This document shows positions 31,089-39,451 of a DNA stretch of 40,699 bases, piece by piece. The notes under the pieces were generated by a model. It did not search any database and was not told the origin of the DNA. It saw only the letters and a list, made by a program, of their open reading frames with translations. Source of the DNA: a virus (lineage: Duplodnaviria; Heunggongvirae; Uroviricota; Caudoviricetes); IMG/VR virus record IMGVR_UViG_647533158_000007, one strand, 5' to 3'. A program made the position numbers and the translations under genes. Every line of letters begins with the position of its first letter. Position 1 is the first letter of the stretch.

Positions 31089-31114
31089 CCCGGCCTCAGT
31101 GCCGGGTTTTCTTT
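31089..31114 (+). terminator. Intrinsic terminator ending the cI-module operon
   Basis: cccggc-cucagu-gccggg followed by UUUUCUUU, 8 nt after the stop codon. Confidence 0.65.
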
Positions 31115-31266
31115 GCCTCTCGATCCCCACACCTAATAACACCATAACCAATTGTATTTATTGAAAAATTGATAGATACAACTTGCTAAACAGTGCAATT
31201 CTGATCCCTCACCTACCAAACAATGCACCCTTGCAAAAAATAAATCCATATAAAAAACATACAGAT

Positions 31267-31335
31267 AACCATCTACGGTGATAAATTATCTCTGGCGGTG
31301 TTGACACACATACCACTAGCGGTGATACTAAACAC
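31267..31335 (+). promoter_or_regulatory. Left operators OL and promoter pL (lambda type)
   Basis: Operator-like repeats aaccatctacggtgata, tatctctggcggtgttg, taccactagcggtgata; -35 TTGACA (31301-31306), 17-bp spacer, -10 GATACT (31324-31329). Confidence 0.75.
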
Positions 31336-31375
31336 ATCAGCAGGAAGCTGGAAGCCAAACGGAACAGATTGGCAG

Positions 31376-31409
31376 GCTCTTTAACTTCGATGGGGCGCTG
31401 ACAAAGCGC
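31376..31409 (+). promoter_or_regulatory. nutL (boxA-like + P22-type boxB)
   Basis: GCTCTTTAA followed by hairpin GCGCTGACAAAGCGC, matching recalled P22 boxB-left. Confidence 0.65.
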
Positions 31410-31528
31410 AAACAGATACCAAACGAGATGGGTTTGGCGGTGATGTGAATTGCAGCTGCAACGACAGCAACCAGAAGATCAGCACCTGGCGCATCACCAC
31501 CAAAGCCATTTCACATGAGGAAAATATC

Positions 31529-31837
31529 ATGACGGTAATCGTGTACGGAAAATCAACATTTGCAGGAAATGCCAAAACTCGCCGTCATGAGCGGCGCAGA
31601 AAGCTGGCTATCGAGCGTGATGCTATATGCAACATCATCGATTCGATCTTCGGCACAGACAGTGAGGAACCTGTTCAGGAAGCCCCGAGAAAGCGTTTAA
31701 GCATTTCTGAAAAAGCAATATCACTCGGCATCATTAGCAAATCAAATACAGATGCGAATAGCGGAAGCGTTTGTTTGCCTGAAGTTGCACTGTATGCTGC
31801 TGGTTACAGAAGGCAAAAACTAATTACAGCGAGGTAA
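31529..31837 (+). CDS. N: Antiterminator N (P22 gp24-type)
   Basis: 102 aa from ATG with GAGGA RBS; MTVIVYGKSTFAGNAKTRRHERRRKLAIERD... arginine-rich N-terminal motif resembling recalled P22 gp24. Confidence 0.85.
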   Translation: MTVIVYGKSTFAGNAKTRRHERRRKLAIERDAICNIIDSIFGTDSEEPVQEAPRKRLSISEKAISLGIISKSNTDANSGSVCLPEVALYAAGYRRQKLITAR

Positions 31838-31839
31838 AA

Positions 31840-32118
31840 ATGAAGCCTAGCATAACAATCAAGCCAGCGAGAGATAATAGCAGGAACCGCCGCAGAGAGG
31901 CCAGGAAGGCAGAAAGAGCAGAGAAGGAAAACAAGAGCCGGGAGGAGAGAAAGGCAGAGATTTTGGAAAAAGGAGGATTGGCTGCCGTGAGGGGTGAAAA
32001 AGCAGCTGAATTAGCAGTAGCTCACGAAAAGACAGAGATTGACAATAATTCTGGTGGAGATGCAATGTTTAAAGTTGTCAATCACGCCCATCAACGAAAC
32101 CCCAAAAAGAAATGGTAA
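31840..32118 (+). CDS. Hypothetical highly basic Lys/Arg/Glu-rich protein downstream of N
   Basis: 92 aa; ATG 2 nt after N stop; followed immediately by an intrinsic terminator. Confidence 0.4.
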   Translation: MKPSITIKPARDNSRNRRREARKAERAEKENKSREERKAEILEKGGLAAVRGEKAAELAVAHEKTEIDNNSGGDAMFKVVNHAHQRNPKKKW

Positions 32119-32121
32119 TCA

Positions 32122-32145
32122 CCCCGTCCAAGACGGGTTTTTTAT
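32122..32145 (+). terminator. tL1-like intrinsic terminator
   Basis: cccguc-caa-gacggg followed by UUUUUU. Confidence 0.65.
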
Positions 32146-32175
32146 TGCAAGCAAACCACTTATTTGAGATGAGAT

Positions 32176-32541
32176 ATGAAAGAACAAGCAAACAAGATTC
32201 TCGTAGAACTACTGCAAAAAGCCAGTAATGGAATAGACGCGGCTGTTTCATTTAACCAGGCACAGATTCCTGATGTCATCCATCAGCTTTTGATGTGGCA
32301 CGCCGTATCATCAGCTGGAATTCAGGCTATCTGTGTATTGGTGATTATAGCGTGTGTTTATCTGATGATTTTTGCATGGAATAAAGGAGATGATGCAGAT
32401 ATTGTTCTTTTATCACTACTTGTCACATCAGGAATAGAGATTACTTCTATTGTTGTTTTCTTCAATTATTTCGACTGGCTGAAAATTTGGCTTGCTCCAA
32501 AACTTTACCTTATCGAATATGCAGCATTATTGGTTAAGTAA
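32176..32541 (+). CDS. Hypothetical small inner-membrane protein (two predicted TM helices) in the early-left operon
   Basis: 121 aa; hydrophobic segments IQAICVLVIIACVYLMIFAW and IVLLSLLVTSGIEITSIVVFF; sits where lambdoid phages often carry exclusion genes. Confidence 0.45.
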   Translation: MKEQANKILVELLQKASNGIDAAVSFNQAQIPDVIHQLLMWHAVSSAGIQAICVLVIIACVYLMIFAWNKGDDADIVLLSLLVTSGIEITSIVVFFNYFDWLKIWLAPKLYLIEYAALLVK

Positions 32542-32780
32542 TTTCAGGCCGCATAGTTGGCCTTTATTTTTAGCATAAACAACAGAATAAACACTGCACT
32601 GTGTATTCATTCCAACGAGTGAATACACGGAGCAATGTCGCTCGTAACTAAACAGGAGTCGACTTGTTCTGATTGTTGGAAATCTTCTTTGCCCTCCAGT
32701 GTGAGGGCCTTTTTATATGCATACCAATAACGCTTCACTCGAGGCGTTTTCGTTATGCAATCAAACAGAAGGAGCATCCT

Positions 32781-32951
32781 ATGCAACAGTTCGCTATTGC
32801 AGGGGCGGCATCGGTTCGCCCTTTCAACCCGATTTTATCGGTACAGCATTCACGAAAAAATATTTTAACCGGAGCAGACTTTAAACAACCAAGAATGAAA
32901 AGTTTGCTCGAAAAGCTTTGGGATATTTTGAAACAACAAGGCCGTCCATGA
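32781..32951 (+). CDS. cIII: cIII-like protein (FtsH inhibitor)
   Basis: 56 aa from ATG with AAGGAG RBS; MQQFAIAG... N-terminus and ...LWDILKQQGRP C-terminus resemble recalled lambda cIII. Confidence 0.6.
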   Translation: MQQFAIAGAASVRPFNPILSVQHSRKNILTGADFKQPRMKSLLEKLWDILKQQGRP

Positions 32952-33106
32952 GTTTTACAGATAACTGGTCAGACGAAGAATTCATTCGTCAGATGAAAGA
33001 TTTAATCGGTAACGAAGGAGATATTCATGTCACTTGCAACCACAGTGAAGGAGAGCAAGTTACAGAGACGCATGTACACGCAGAAAGCTCTCTGGTATCG
33101 CCATAA
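32948..33106 (+). CDS. Small acidic hypothetical protein (kil position)
   Basis: 52 aa from ATG overlapping cIII stop (ATGA). Confidence 0.3.
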   Translation: MSFTDNWSDEEFIRQMKDLIGNEGDIHVTCNHSEGEQVTETHVHAESSLVSP

Positions 33107-33207
33107 TGGCGACCGCGAAGGAATGCGGGTATGCCTTAATTTGTCCCGAGTCGAAGTATTAAATCAGCGTTATTTCCTTGGGCCGTGTCCATTCTGAGAA
33201 CAATCAT

Positions 33208-33813
33208 ATGAGCAAAGAATTTTACGCAAGACTGGCAGCTATTCAGGAGAATCTGAACGCGCCAAAGAATCAGTACAACTCATTCGGCAAATATAAATAC
33301 AGAAGCTGCGAAGACATTCTTGAAGGCGTTAAGCCGTTACTGAATGGCCTGTTTTTATCAATCAGCGATGAAGTTGTGTTGATTGGTGATCGGTATTACG
33401 TGAAAGCCACGGCAACTATTACCGATGGCGAAAACAGTCATACGGCAACCGCTCTTGCACGAGAGGAAGAAAGCAAGAAAGGAATGGATTCTGCACAAGT
33501 TACGGGAGCTACAAGCTCTTATGCACGCAAGTATTGCCTCAATGGTTTGTTCGGCATTGATGATGCGAAAGATGCAGATACAGACGAGCATAAACATCAG
33601 CAGAACGCAGCAGCAAAGCAATCAAAACCATCACCTACACCTGAACAGGTTCTAAAAGCATTCACTGACGCAGCAATGCAGAAAAACACCGTGGAAGAGC
33701 TTAAACAGGCGTTCGCCAAAGCGTGGAAGATGCTCGAAGGCACACCGGAGCAGCACAAAGCGCAGGACGTTTACAACATCAGACGAGACGAATTAGAAGG
33801 AGCGGCTGCTTAA
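33208..33813 (+). CDS. erf: Erf-type single-strand annealing recombinase
   Basis: Start at internal Met (MSKEFYARLAAIQENLNAPKNQYNSFGKYKYRSCEDILEG...), resembling recalled P22 Erf. Confidence 0.8.
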   Translation: MSKEFYARLAAIQENLNAPKNQYNSFGKYKYRSCEDILEGVKPLLNGLFLSISDEVVLIGDRYYVKATATITDGENSHTATALAREEESKKGMDSAQVTGATSSYARKYCLNGLFGIDDAKDADTDEHKHQQNAAAKQSKPSPTPEQVLKAFTDAAMQKNTVEELKQAFAKAWKMLEGTPEQHKAQDVYNIRRDELEGAAA

Positions 33814-34196
33814 TGGCACATTCGATTACTGTAAGACTAAACAAGCCCGCAAGAGAGTTTCAGGCCGGGGAAAATATCGGATTCAACATCCGTGCTGGCG
33901 TTCAGTATTACGATCGCCAGACAAAAAAGAAAGAATGGACAAACTACAGCGCCGTTGTATTTGCCAAGCCAGGAGCGCAAGCGGATTACTACCGTAGCGT
34001 TCTGGTTGAAGGTGGCATTGTGGAAATTACCGGAGAAAACATCAGGGTTGATGTTTATCAGGGGCAAAATGGTCAATCAATCACTCTTGAATTACTGAAT
34101 GCAAAGATTGGATTTACAACTTCAGGAAATGGCCCGCAGCAGCAAAGTAGTAACCAGCAGAACACTCCTGTATACGACGATTCCATCCCATTCTGA
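33813..34196 (+). CDS. ssb: Single-stranded DNA-binding protein (phage SSB)
   Basis: Start ATG overlaps erf stop (TAATG); Gln/Gly-rich tail ending in acidic YDDSIPF, the SSB C-terminal signature. Confidence 0.75.
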   Translation: MAHSITVRLNKPAREFQAGENIGFNIRAGVQYYDRQTKKKEWTNYSAVVFAKPGAQADYYRSVLVEGGIVEITGENIRVDVYQGQNGQSITLELLNAKIGFTTSGNGPQQQSSNQQNTPVYDDSIPF

Positions 34197-34219
34197 TTTA
34201 GAAAAATAAGGATTTAATT

Positions 34220-34516
34220 ATGCCAGCGCCTCTATATGGTGCGGACGACGCGCGCCGCTGTTCCGGCAATTCCGTATCGGAGGTGCTGGATAAATTCAGG
34301 AAAAACTACAACCTGATAATGTCGCTACCTCAGGAAACGAAAGAGGAAAAGGAATTTCGCCATTGTATATGGCTTGCAGAGAAAGAAGAACGCGAGCGAA
34401 TTTACCAGACATCAATCCGACCATTCCGCAAAGCCACATATACCCACTTCCCTGAATATATCGACCCGCGCCTGCGTAATTACCGCTCACGCTATGGCGC
34501 TATCAGTAATGACTGA
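34220..34516 (+). CDS. abc2: Abc2-like anti-RecBCD protein
   Basis: 98 aa; [61 protein letters not shown] resembles recalled P22 Abc2. Confidence 0.7.
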   Translation: MPAPLYGADDARRCSGNSVSEVLDKFRKNYNLIMSLPQETKEEKEFRHCIWLAEKEERERIYQTSIRPFRKATYTHFPEYIDPRLRNYRSRYGAISND

Positions 34517-34526
34517 GGAATTTACC

Positions 34527-34694
34527 ATGAGAGGACTTGCATACAATCCCGGCATTCTTCCGGCAGAAATGATTATTCGCCAACGCGTAAAGCCAATGCC
34601 ATCGAGAGAGGAATTACTTAAGAGAAATTATTTTCCGTCAGTAAATCAAAACAAATATCTGAATGCGATGTGGCGCAAAGGAGGCAACCAGTGA
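34527..34694 (+). CDS. Small hypothetical protein
   Basis: 55 aa from ATG with GAGGA RBS 7 nt upstream. Confidence 0.35.
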   Translation: MRGLAYNPGILPAEMIIRQRVKPMPSREELLKRNYFPSVNQNKYLNAMWRKGGNQ

Positions 34695-35401
34695 GCAAGA
34701 TTGATTATCAAAAGCTTCGTGAAATCGCTGAAAAAACAAAAATTGCTGGTGAAACACCTGTAATGCCTTTCGATCAGCGAATTAATGCGCTTAACGATTT
34801 TATGAAGCACTTTTCGCCAGATATCGCGCTGGCACTACTGGATGAACGGGAAAGAAACCAGCAATACATCAAACGCCGCGACCAGGAGAACGAGGATATT
34901 GCGCTAACGGTAGGGAAGCTGCTAATCGAAAACGGCCAGCTTGTTGCCGATACGCTACGCCACTTAGCTGATAACGAAATCGACTCTGATTATTTTGCTA
35001 TCACCTCAACGAATGAGAACGGTACTGAAATTGATCATGAGATGGCTATTACCGATTACGCACTGCAAGCTGCCGGAACTGTGGACGAATTGGTTGCAGC
35101 GCTGGAATCCGCAGAGAAGCGCATAGCAGAACTGGAAGCACGGGAAATAAAACCAGCCAAAGGTGAGGTTCTTGTCGTTGTTTCTGGTTTTACTGGTTGC
35201 GGAAAAAGCGCCATTGCCGGGGAAATAGAAATCGCGATGAAGGCTATTGGTGTACCGGTTCAGTGGACTAATGGCGATGCGGAAAAGCGCATGACAGGAG
35301 CTGACTGGCTGACAGCGATTGAGATGTACAAACCAACAGTGCGCATCATGGATGTTAATGTGCCACGCGCCGCTGGCATTCGCATCAAAGAGGGTGAGTA
35401 A
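34691..35401 (+). CDS. Ead/Ea22-like early protein
   Basis: GTG start with AAAGGAGG RBS (alternative ATG at 34670); acidic, coiled-coil-rich. Confidence 0.5.
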   Translation: MSKIDYQKLREIAEKTKIAGETPVMPFDQRINALNDFMKHFSPDIALALLDERERNQQYIKRRDQENEDIALTVGKLLIENGQLVADTLRHLADNEIDSDYFAITSTNENGTEIDHEMAITDYALQAAGTVDELVAALESAEKRIAELEAREIKPAKGEVLVVVSGFTGCGKSAIAGEIEIAMKAIGVPVQWTNGDAEKRMTGADWLTAIEMYKPTVRIMDVNVPRAAGIRIKEGE

Positions 35402-35766
35402 TGCGTGTGGCATGTATCGGCTTGTTACCGTATCCGACTCGTTTTTGGGCTTCTGCACTAATTACAAAGCCGCATGTCCTGATGGCTGACAACATCATCC
35501 CGGCACCAAAGCGCCGCCATACCGGTATTGCAGCGGCACGACGAGCAGCAAAGAGACGCAGGAGAGCAAAACGATGAAAAACCGTAAAGCAAAGATGCTT
35601 ATTTCCCGTGTATACAGACGTTGCTATCCCAGCCAGTGGTTGAGAGTTAGCAATCGCCGTGTGGTGTTGTACTTATATTCTGGAATTGCCAGAGAGGGAG
35701 TCAAATATAAGCGCAGCGCGGCGCAAAACCGCTGGAAAAACCACTTACGCACTAAAGGAGCCTGAT

Positions 35767-35976
35767 ATGGCTATTGCCGCAAGTTACACCATGCATCTCT
35801 ACTGTGATTGTCGCCAGTGTACAAATGGTAAATATCAATCACCAGACTTCGGTGAGTATATCGGTACGTCATGGGCTGGCTGTGCAAAAGAGGCGCGCAA
35901 GGATGGCTGGCGAATAAGCAAAGACAAAACGCGTGCTTTTGCGCCCGGGCATAAAGTTTTGAGGATTAATAAATGA
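35767..35976 (+). CDS. Small Cys-rich hypothetical protein
   Basis: 69 aa from ATG with AAAGGAG RBS; CDCRQC...C pattern suggests a metal-binding module. Confidence 0.4.
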   Translation: MAIAASYTMHLYCDCRQCTNGKYQSPDFGEYIGTSWAGCAKEARKDGWRISKDKTRAFAPGHKVLRINK

Positions 35977-36422
35977 CCACTATTACCAAAGAACGTGCGG
36001 AGATTAAATCATTCATCACAGGCTTCCTGAGCGACCCGGCGCACGATAACCAATCTTCAGACAGCCTGCTTGCCAATGTGTTTCGTATCGCGCTGGCATC
36101 GCTGGAAGCAGAACCGATGGCATGGCGATATCGCTACGTGAAAGAAGGCATTACGGACTCACAGGGGGAGCCGTGGGTTGGTGACTGGAAATATGTACCG
36201 ACAAAAGAGGATTGCAACGACAGACCGAACTATGAAATTCAGGCGTTATTCACGGCCCCGCCAGCCCCGGTGTCATCAGAAGGACTGGTTAAAGCTGTGC
36301 GCTTCTATGAACAGGTTAAGCGTGAGAATCCGCCAGTCGAAACCGGAGCATGGAAAGACGCTGTTGACTGGGTGCTCAAAGAGGCTTGCCAGGCTGTAAA
36401 CATTGGTACCAAAGGAGATTGA
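35973..36422 (+). CDS. Hypothetical protein, N-terminal domain paralogous to the next gene
   Basis: 149 aa; shares the (I/F)ALASLEAEP..A motif and overall N-terminal pattern with the following CDS. Confidence 0.5.
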   Translation: MTTITKERAEIKSFITGFLSDPAHDNQSSDSLLANVFRIALASLEAEPMAWRYRYVKEGITDSQGEPWVGDWKYVPTKEDCNDRPNYEIQALFTAPPAPVSSEGLVKAVRFYEQVKRENPPVETGAWKDAVDWVLKEACQAVNIGTKGD

Positions 36423-36423
36423 T

Positions 36424-37287
36424 ATGACCACTTTCACCGACAAAGAACTGATTAAAGAAATCAAAGAACGCATAGGCAGCCTGGACGTTCGAGACAATAT
36501 TGAGCGCCGTGCTTATGAAATTGCACTGGCATCACTGGAAGCAGATCCAGTTGCTTATATTTTCAAACATCCGGCCGGGAAATTATTCTGGGCTTTAACG
36601 GATGAAAGCAATAAAGAGCAAGCGGACGTTATTCCTGTTTATACTGCCGCGCCTGCGTCGGTTGTGCCGGATAATGCATCAGAGCCTCTTGCTTATGCTT
36701 ACAAAGAGCTTACGCCTGAGATTATGCGCAACCATTTAGCTGTATTCGAGCGATATGGAATAGCCCCAAACGATAGCTCTACCACAATTCAGGCACTGCG
36801 AATCGCGCTGGATGGCATAGAGCGGAGCGACGCCATGCTTCATGGAGCCGAACCTGTAAGCCAAACTTACAACTTGCCAGAATTAATCGAAGGGATGGAA
36901 GTTTCCATTGATGTAAGCACTTGTGATGCTGATTTAGGTAATCGCTATTTCGGCACCGTCACCGAGGCGTTAGAACTTGATACGGCCAAGAATGGTTACA
37001 TCCTCCTGGTTCAGGACGCAGAGCCAAACTTCGATGTAAATGGCAACTCTCCGGGAACTCCGGATAGTTGGATAAGCTGTAGTGATCAAATGCCTGAAAA
37101 GAACCAGAACGTGCTTATTTCGGTGAATTTCGATAGTGATCTGGTTGAGCCGCTAATATGCTCCGCACGCTATACCGGAAGTACATTCCGGCGTGGAGGT
37201 GTAACGGTTATGCCAGGTAATGGTATTGAGCAAGCAACTCACTGGATGCCGCTACCGGAACCGCCGCAGGAGGTAAACCGTGGCTAA
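36424..37287 (+). CDS. DUF551-family phage protein
   Basis: Start at internal Met with AAAGGAG RBS; C-terminal W.SCSDQMPE...HWMPLPEPP motif typical of DUF551 proteins. Confidence 0.6.
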   Translation: MTTFTDKELIKEIKERIGSLDVRDNIERRAYEIALASLEADPVAYIFKHPAGKLFWALTDESNKEQADVIPVYTAAPASVVPDNASEPLAYAYKELTPEIMRNHLAVFERYGIAPNDSSTTIQALRIALDGIERSDAMLHGAEPVSQTYNLPELIEGMEVSIDVSTCDADLGNRYFGTVTEALELDTAKNGYILLVQDAEPNFDVNGNSPGTPDSWISCSDQMPEKNQNVLISVNFDSDLVEPLICSARYTGSTFRRGGVTVMPGNGIEQATHWMPLPEPPQEVNRG

Positions 37288-37387
37288 CCTGCAACTTGCC
37301 GTTAAAGGTGAATAACAATCCTCGCACTCGCGGGGATTTCTTTTATCTGAACTCGCTACGGCGGGTTTTGTTTTATGGAGATGATAA

Positions 37388-37555
37388 ATGCACTTCCGAG
37401 TCACAGGTGAATGGAATGGAGAGCCATTCAACAGAGTTATCGAAGCAGAGAACATCAACGACTGCTATGGCCACTGGATGATATGGGCGCAGATAGCACA
37501 TGCAGACGTAACCAATATTCGAATTGAAGAACTGAAAGAACACCAAACCGCCTGA
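37388..37555 (+). CDS. Small hypothetical protein (below ORF-track cutoff)
   Basis: 55 aa by hand translation, GGAG RBS, followed directly by a terminator. Confidence 0.3.
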   Translation: MHFRVTGEWNGEPFNRVIEAENINDCYGHWMIWAQIAHADVTNIRIEELKEHQTA

Positions 37556-37567
37556 TGGCGGTTTTTT
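37546..37567 (+). terminator. Intrinsic terminator
   Basis: aaccgcc-ugau-ggcgguu followed by UUUUU. Confidence 0.6.
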
Positions 37568-37581
37568 ATTGGAGACAAGAA

Positions 37582-37926
37582 ATGTCAGATTTGGCTATGA
37601 AGGTTTTGAAATGGCAATCGACTGGCGATGTAGGCATCAGTAGCGCAACTCTTGCCTCAATCGCATGTGGACTGAAAAAGAATATCTATGGTCATAGCTT
37701 CGGCGCTCCACATGACGCAGCCGATTTCCGACGATGCGTTGCACTTGTTGAGCAGATTCCAGAAATCAGAGATTCATTCGACAAGGTTGCAAAGCGCGTT
37801 CCGGCATTCAAAGGAATCCTCAACGAATGGGATTCACTCGTTGCTCTGTTGAAGTCTGAAATGAAGACGTACGGGAACAAAGCACCAGAGACTTACAGAA
37901 GAATCAGCGAGCTACGCAATGACTAA
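37582..37926 (+). CDS. Hypothetical protein
   Basis: 114 aa from ATG with GGAG RBS; two hairpin/T-run elements downstream. Confidence 0.5.
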   Translation: MSDLAMKVLKWQSTGDVGISSATLASIACGLKKNIYGHSFGAPHDAADFRRCVALVEQIPEIRDSFDKVAKRVPAFKGILNEWDSLVALLKSEMKTYGNKAPETYRRISELRND

Positions 37927-37983
37927 CCCGCCTCACACTCGATGAGGCATTTTCATTTATCAAGATATCCAGACCTACCATCG

Positions 37984-38003
37984 CCGCATCAATGCGGTTT
38001 TTT
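37984..38003 (+). terminator. Intrinsic terminator upstream of xis
   Basis: ccgca-ucaa-ugcgg followed by UUUUUUAUU. Confidence 0.5.
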
Positions 38004-38048
38004 ATTGCCTGATTTGCAGGTTCGATTCCCTATTCGGAGATAGCACTC

Positions 38049-38249
38049 ATGCAACACGAACTACAGCCTGATTCACTGGTTGATTTGAAATTCATCATGG
38101 CTGATACTGGCTTCGGTAAAACCTTCATCTATGACCGGATTAAGTCCGGAGACCTGCCTAAAGCCAAAGTTATCCACGGGCGAGCAAGATGGTTATATCG
38201 TGACCATTGTGAATTCAAAAATAAGCTTTTAAGCCGCGCCAATGGGTAA
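38049..38249 (+). CDS. xis: AlpA-family excisionase / DNA-binding regulator
   Basis: 66 aa; winged-helix-like MADTGFGKTFIYDRIKSGDLPKAKVIHGRARWLYRD; directly upstream of att and int. Confidence 0.7.
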   Translation: MQHELQPDSLVDLKFIMADTGFGKTFIYDRIKSGDLPKAKVIHGRARWLYRDHCEFKNKLLSRANG

Positions 38250-38498
38250 AATAGCGGGTAAAATATTTCTCACATCTAAAAAACACCATTCCAATCAACC
38301 CCCTGCCTCGTCAAGTAGATGTCTGCAGGGGACACCATTTATCAGTTCGCTCCCATCCGTACCAGTCCGCAAAATCCCCTGAATATCAAGCCTTCCGTAG
38401 ATTCACAGTTCGTAATGGTTCGCGTCAGATCGTTGACAGCCGCACTCCATGACGGGTAAAAAGTGGATAAAATAACTTTACCCACCGGATTTTTACCC
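38244..38498. repeat. att region with arm-type repeats (GGGTAAAA-like) flanking the core
   Basis: Direct copies gggtaaaat (38244-38252, 38256-38264), gggtaaaaa (38454-38462), ggataaaata (38465-38474), and inverted tttaccc (38477-38483) and tttttaccc (38490-38498) immediately before the int ATG. Confidence 0.55.
38323..38337 (+). other. att core (phage-phage junction copy) matching a tRNA 3' end (argW-like ...CTGCAGGGGACACCA)
   Basis: 15-nt block ending in ACACCA (tRNA acceptor end plus CCA); here followed by phage arm sequence and int. Confidence 0.6.
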
Positions 38499-38587
38499 AT
38501 GCTCACCGTTAAGCAGATTGAAGCAGCAAAGCCGAAAGAAAAACCATACCGCCTTCTCGATGGTAATGGCCTGTACCTTTATGTCCC
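38499..38587 (+). other. int: Duplicate of integrase 5' end (identical to positions 1-89), truncated by scaffold gap
   Basis: 89 nt identical to window start; runs into N-run. Confidence 0.9.
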
Positions 38588-38774
38588 NNNNNNNNNNNNN
38601 NNNNNNNNNNNNNNNNNNNNNNNNNNNNNNNNNNNNNNNNNNNNNNNNNNNNNNNNNNNNNNNNNNNNNNNNNNNNNNNNNNNNNNNNNNNNNNNNNNNN
38701 NNNNNNNNNNNNNNNNNNNNNNNNNNNNNNNNNNNNNNNNNNNNNNNNNNNNNNNNNNNNNNNNNNNNNNNNNN
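38588..38774. other. Assembly/scaffold gap (187 N)
   Basis: Continuous run of n; ORFs containing X across it are artefacts. Confidence 0.99.
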
Positions 38775-39010
38775 TGATACTGGCTTCGGTAAAACCTTCA
38801 TCTATGACCGGATTAAGTCCGGAGACCTGCCTAAAGCCAAAGTTATCCACGGGCGAGCAAGATGGTTATATCGTGACCATTGTGAATTCAAAAATAAGCT
38901 TTTAAGCCGCGCCAATGGGTAAAATAGCGGGTAAAATATTTCTCACATCTAAAAAACACCATTCCAATCAACCCCCTGCCTCGTCAAGTAGATGTCTGCA
39001 GGGGACACCA
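38775..39010 (+). repeat. Second copy of xis 3' end + att arm + core (identical to 38102-38337), ending at the phage-host junction
   Basis: 236-nt exact duplicate; copies diverge immediately after ...ctgcaggggacacca (core at 38996-39010), after which unrelated host sequence follows. Confidence 0.85.
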
Positions 39011-39451
39011 GATACCCTTCAAACGAAATCTACCTTCACCCCGTAAAAGATGGGTTTGGCAGCACACTTGCCTTATATCTACTCATTTTTACTGCAACAG
39101 GTTGAAATCTCAGCACTGTCAGAAAGCGCTGATGACTAAACAGCCCTGAGCCGGGCGATGTAACCATCACACAGAATCCTGATAGCGAAATATGGCGTGA
39201 CTCGATACTTCACTCCGCAATGCATTCCTTGATGAATTCGCAGGACCGTGATACACGGGACAGGTCACTGAATGACGACAATGTCCTGGAAATCAGCGAA
39301 CCGCGCATCTGAAGTACATTTGAGCGACTGTACCAGAACATGAATGAGGCGTTTGGATTAGGCGATTATTAGCAGGGCTAAGCATTTTACTATTATTATT
39401 TTCCGGTTGAGGGATATAGAGCTATCGACAACAACCGGAAAAAGTTTACGT

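Noticed and set aside
35006-35458. 150-aa minus-strand ORF
   Set aside because: Antisense to the Ead-like gene within a uniformly plus-strand operon; no RBS.
38323-38337. Complete tRNA gene at the att site
   Set aside because: Only the ~15-nt 3' end of a tRNA-like sequence is present; upstream bases do not fold as D or anticodon arms, so this is the core duplicate, not an intact tRNA.
38463-38922. Four six-frame ORFs containing long runs of X (38463-38777, 38493-38801, 38509-38850, 38518-38922)
   Set aside because: They span the 187-nt N-run; translations are artefacts of the scaffold gap, not genes.
39398-39446. Inverted repeat ttccggttg...caaccggaa downstream of the host transporter gene as a terminator
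   Set aside because: Long loop and no U-run on the transporter's strand; not convincing as an intrinsic terminator.
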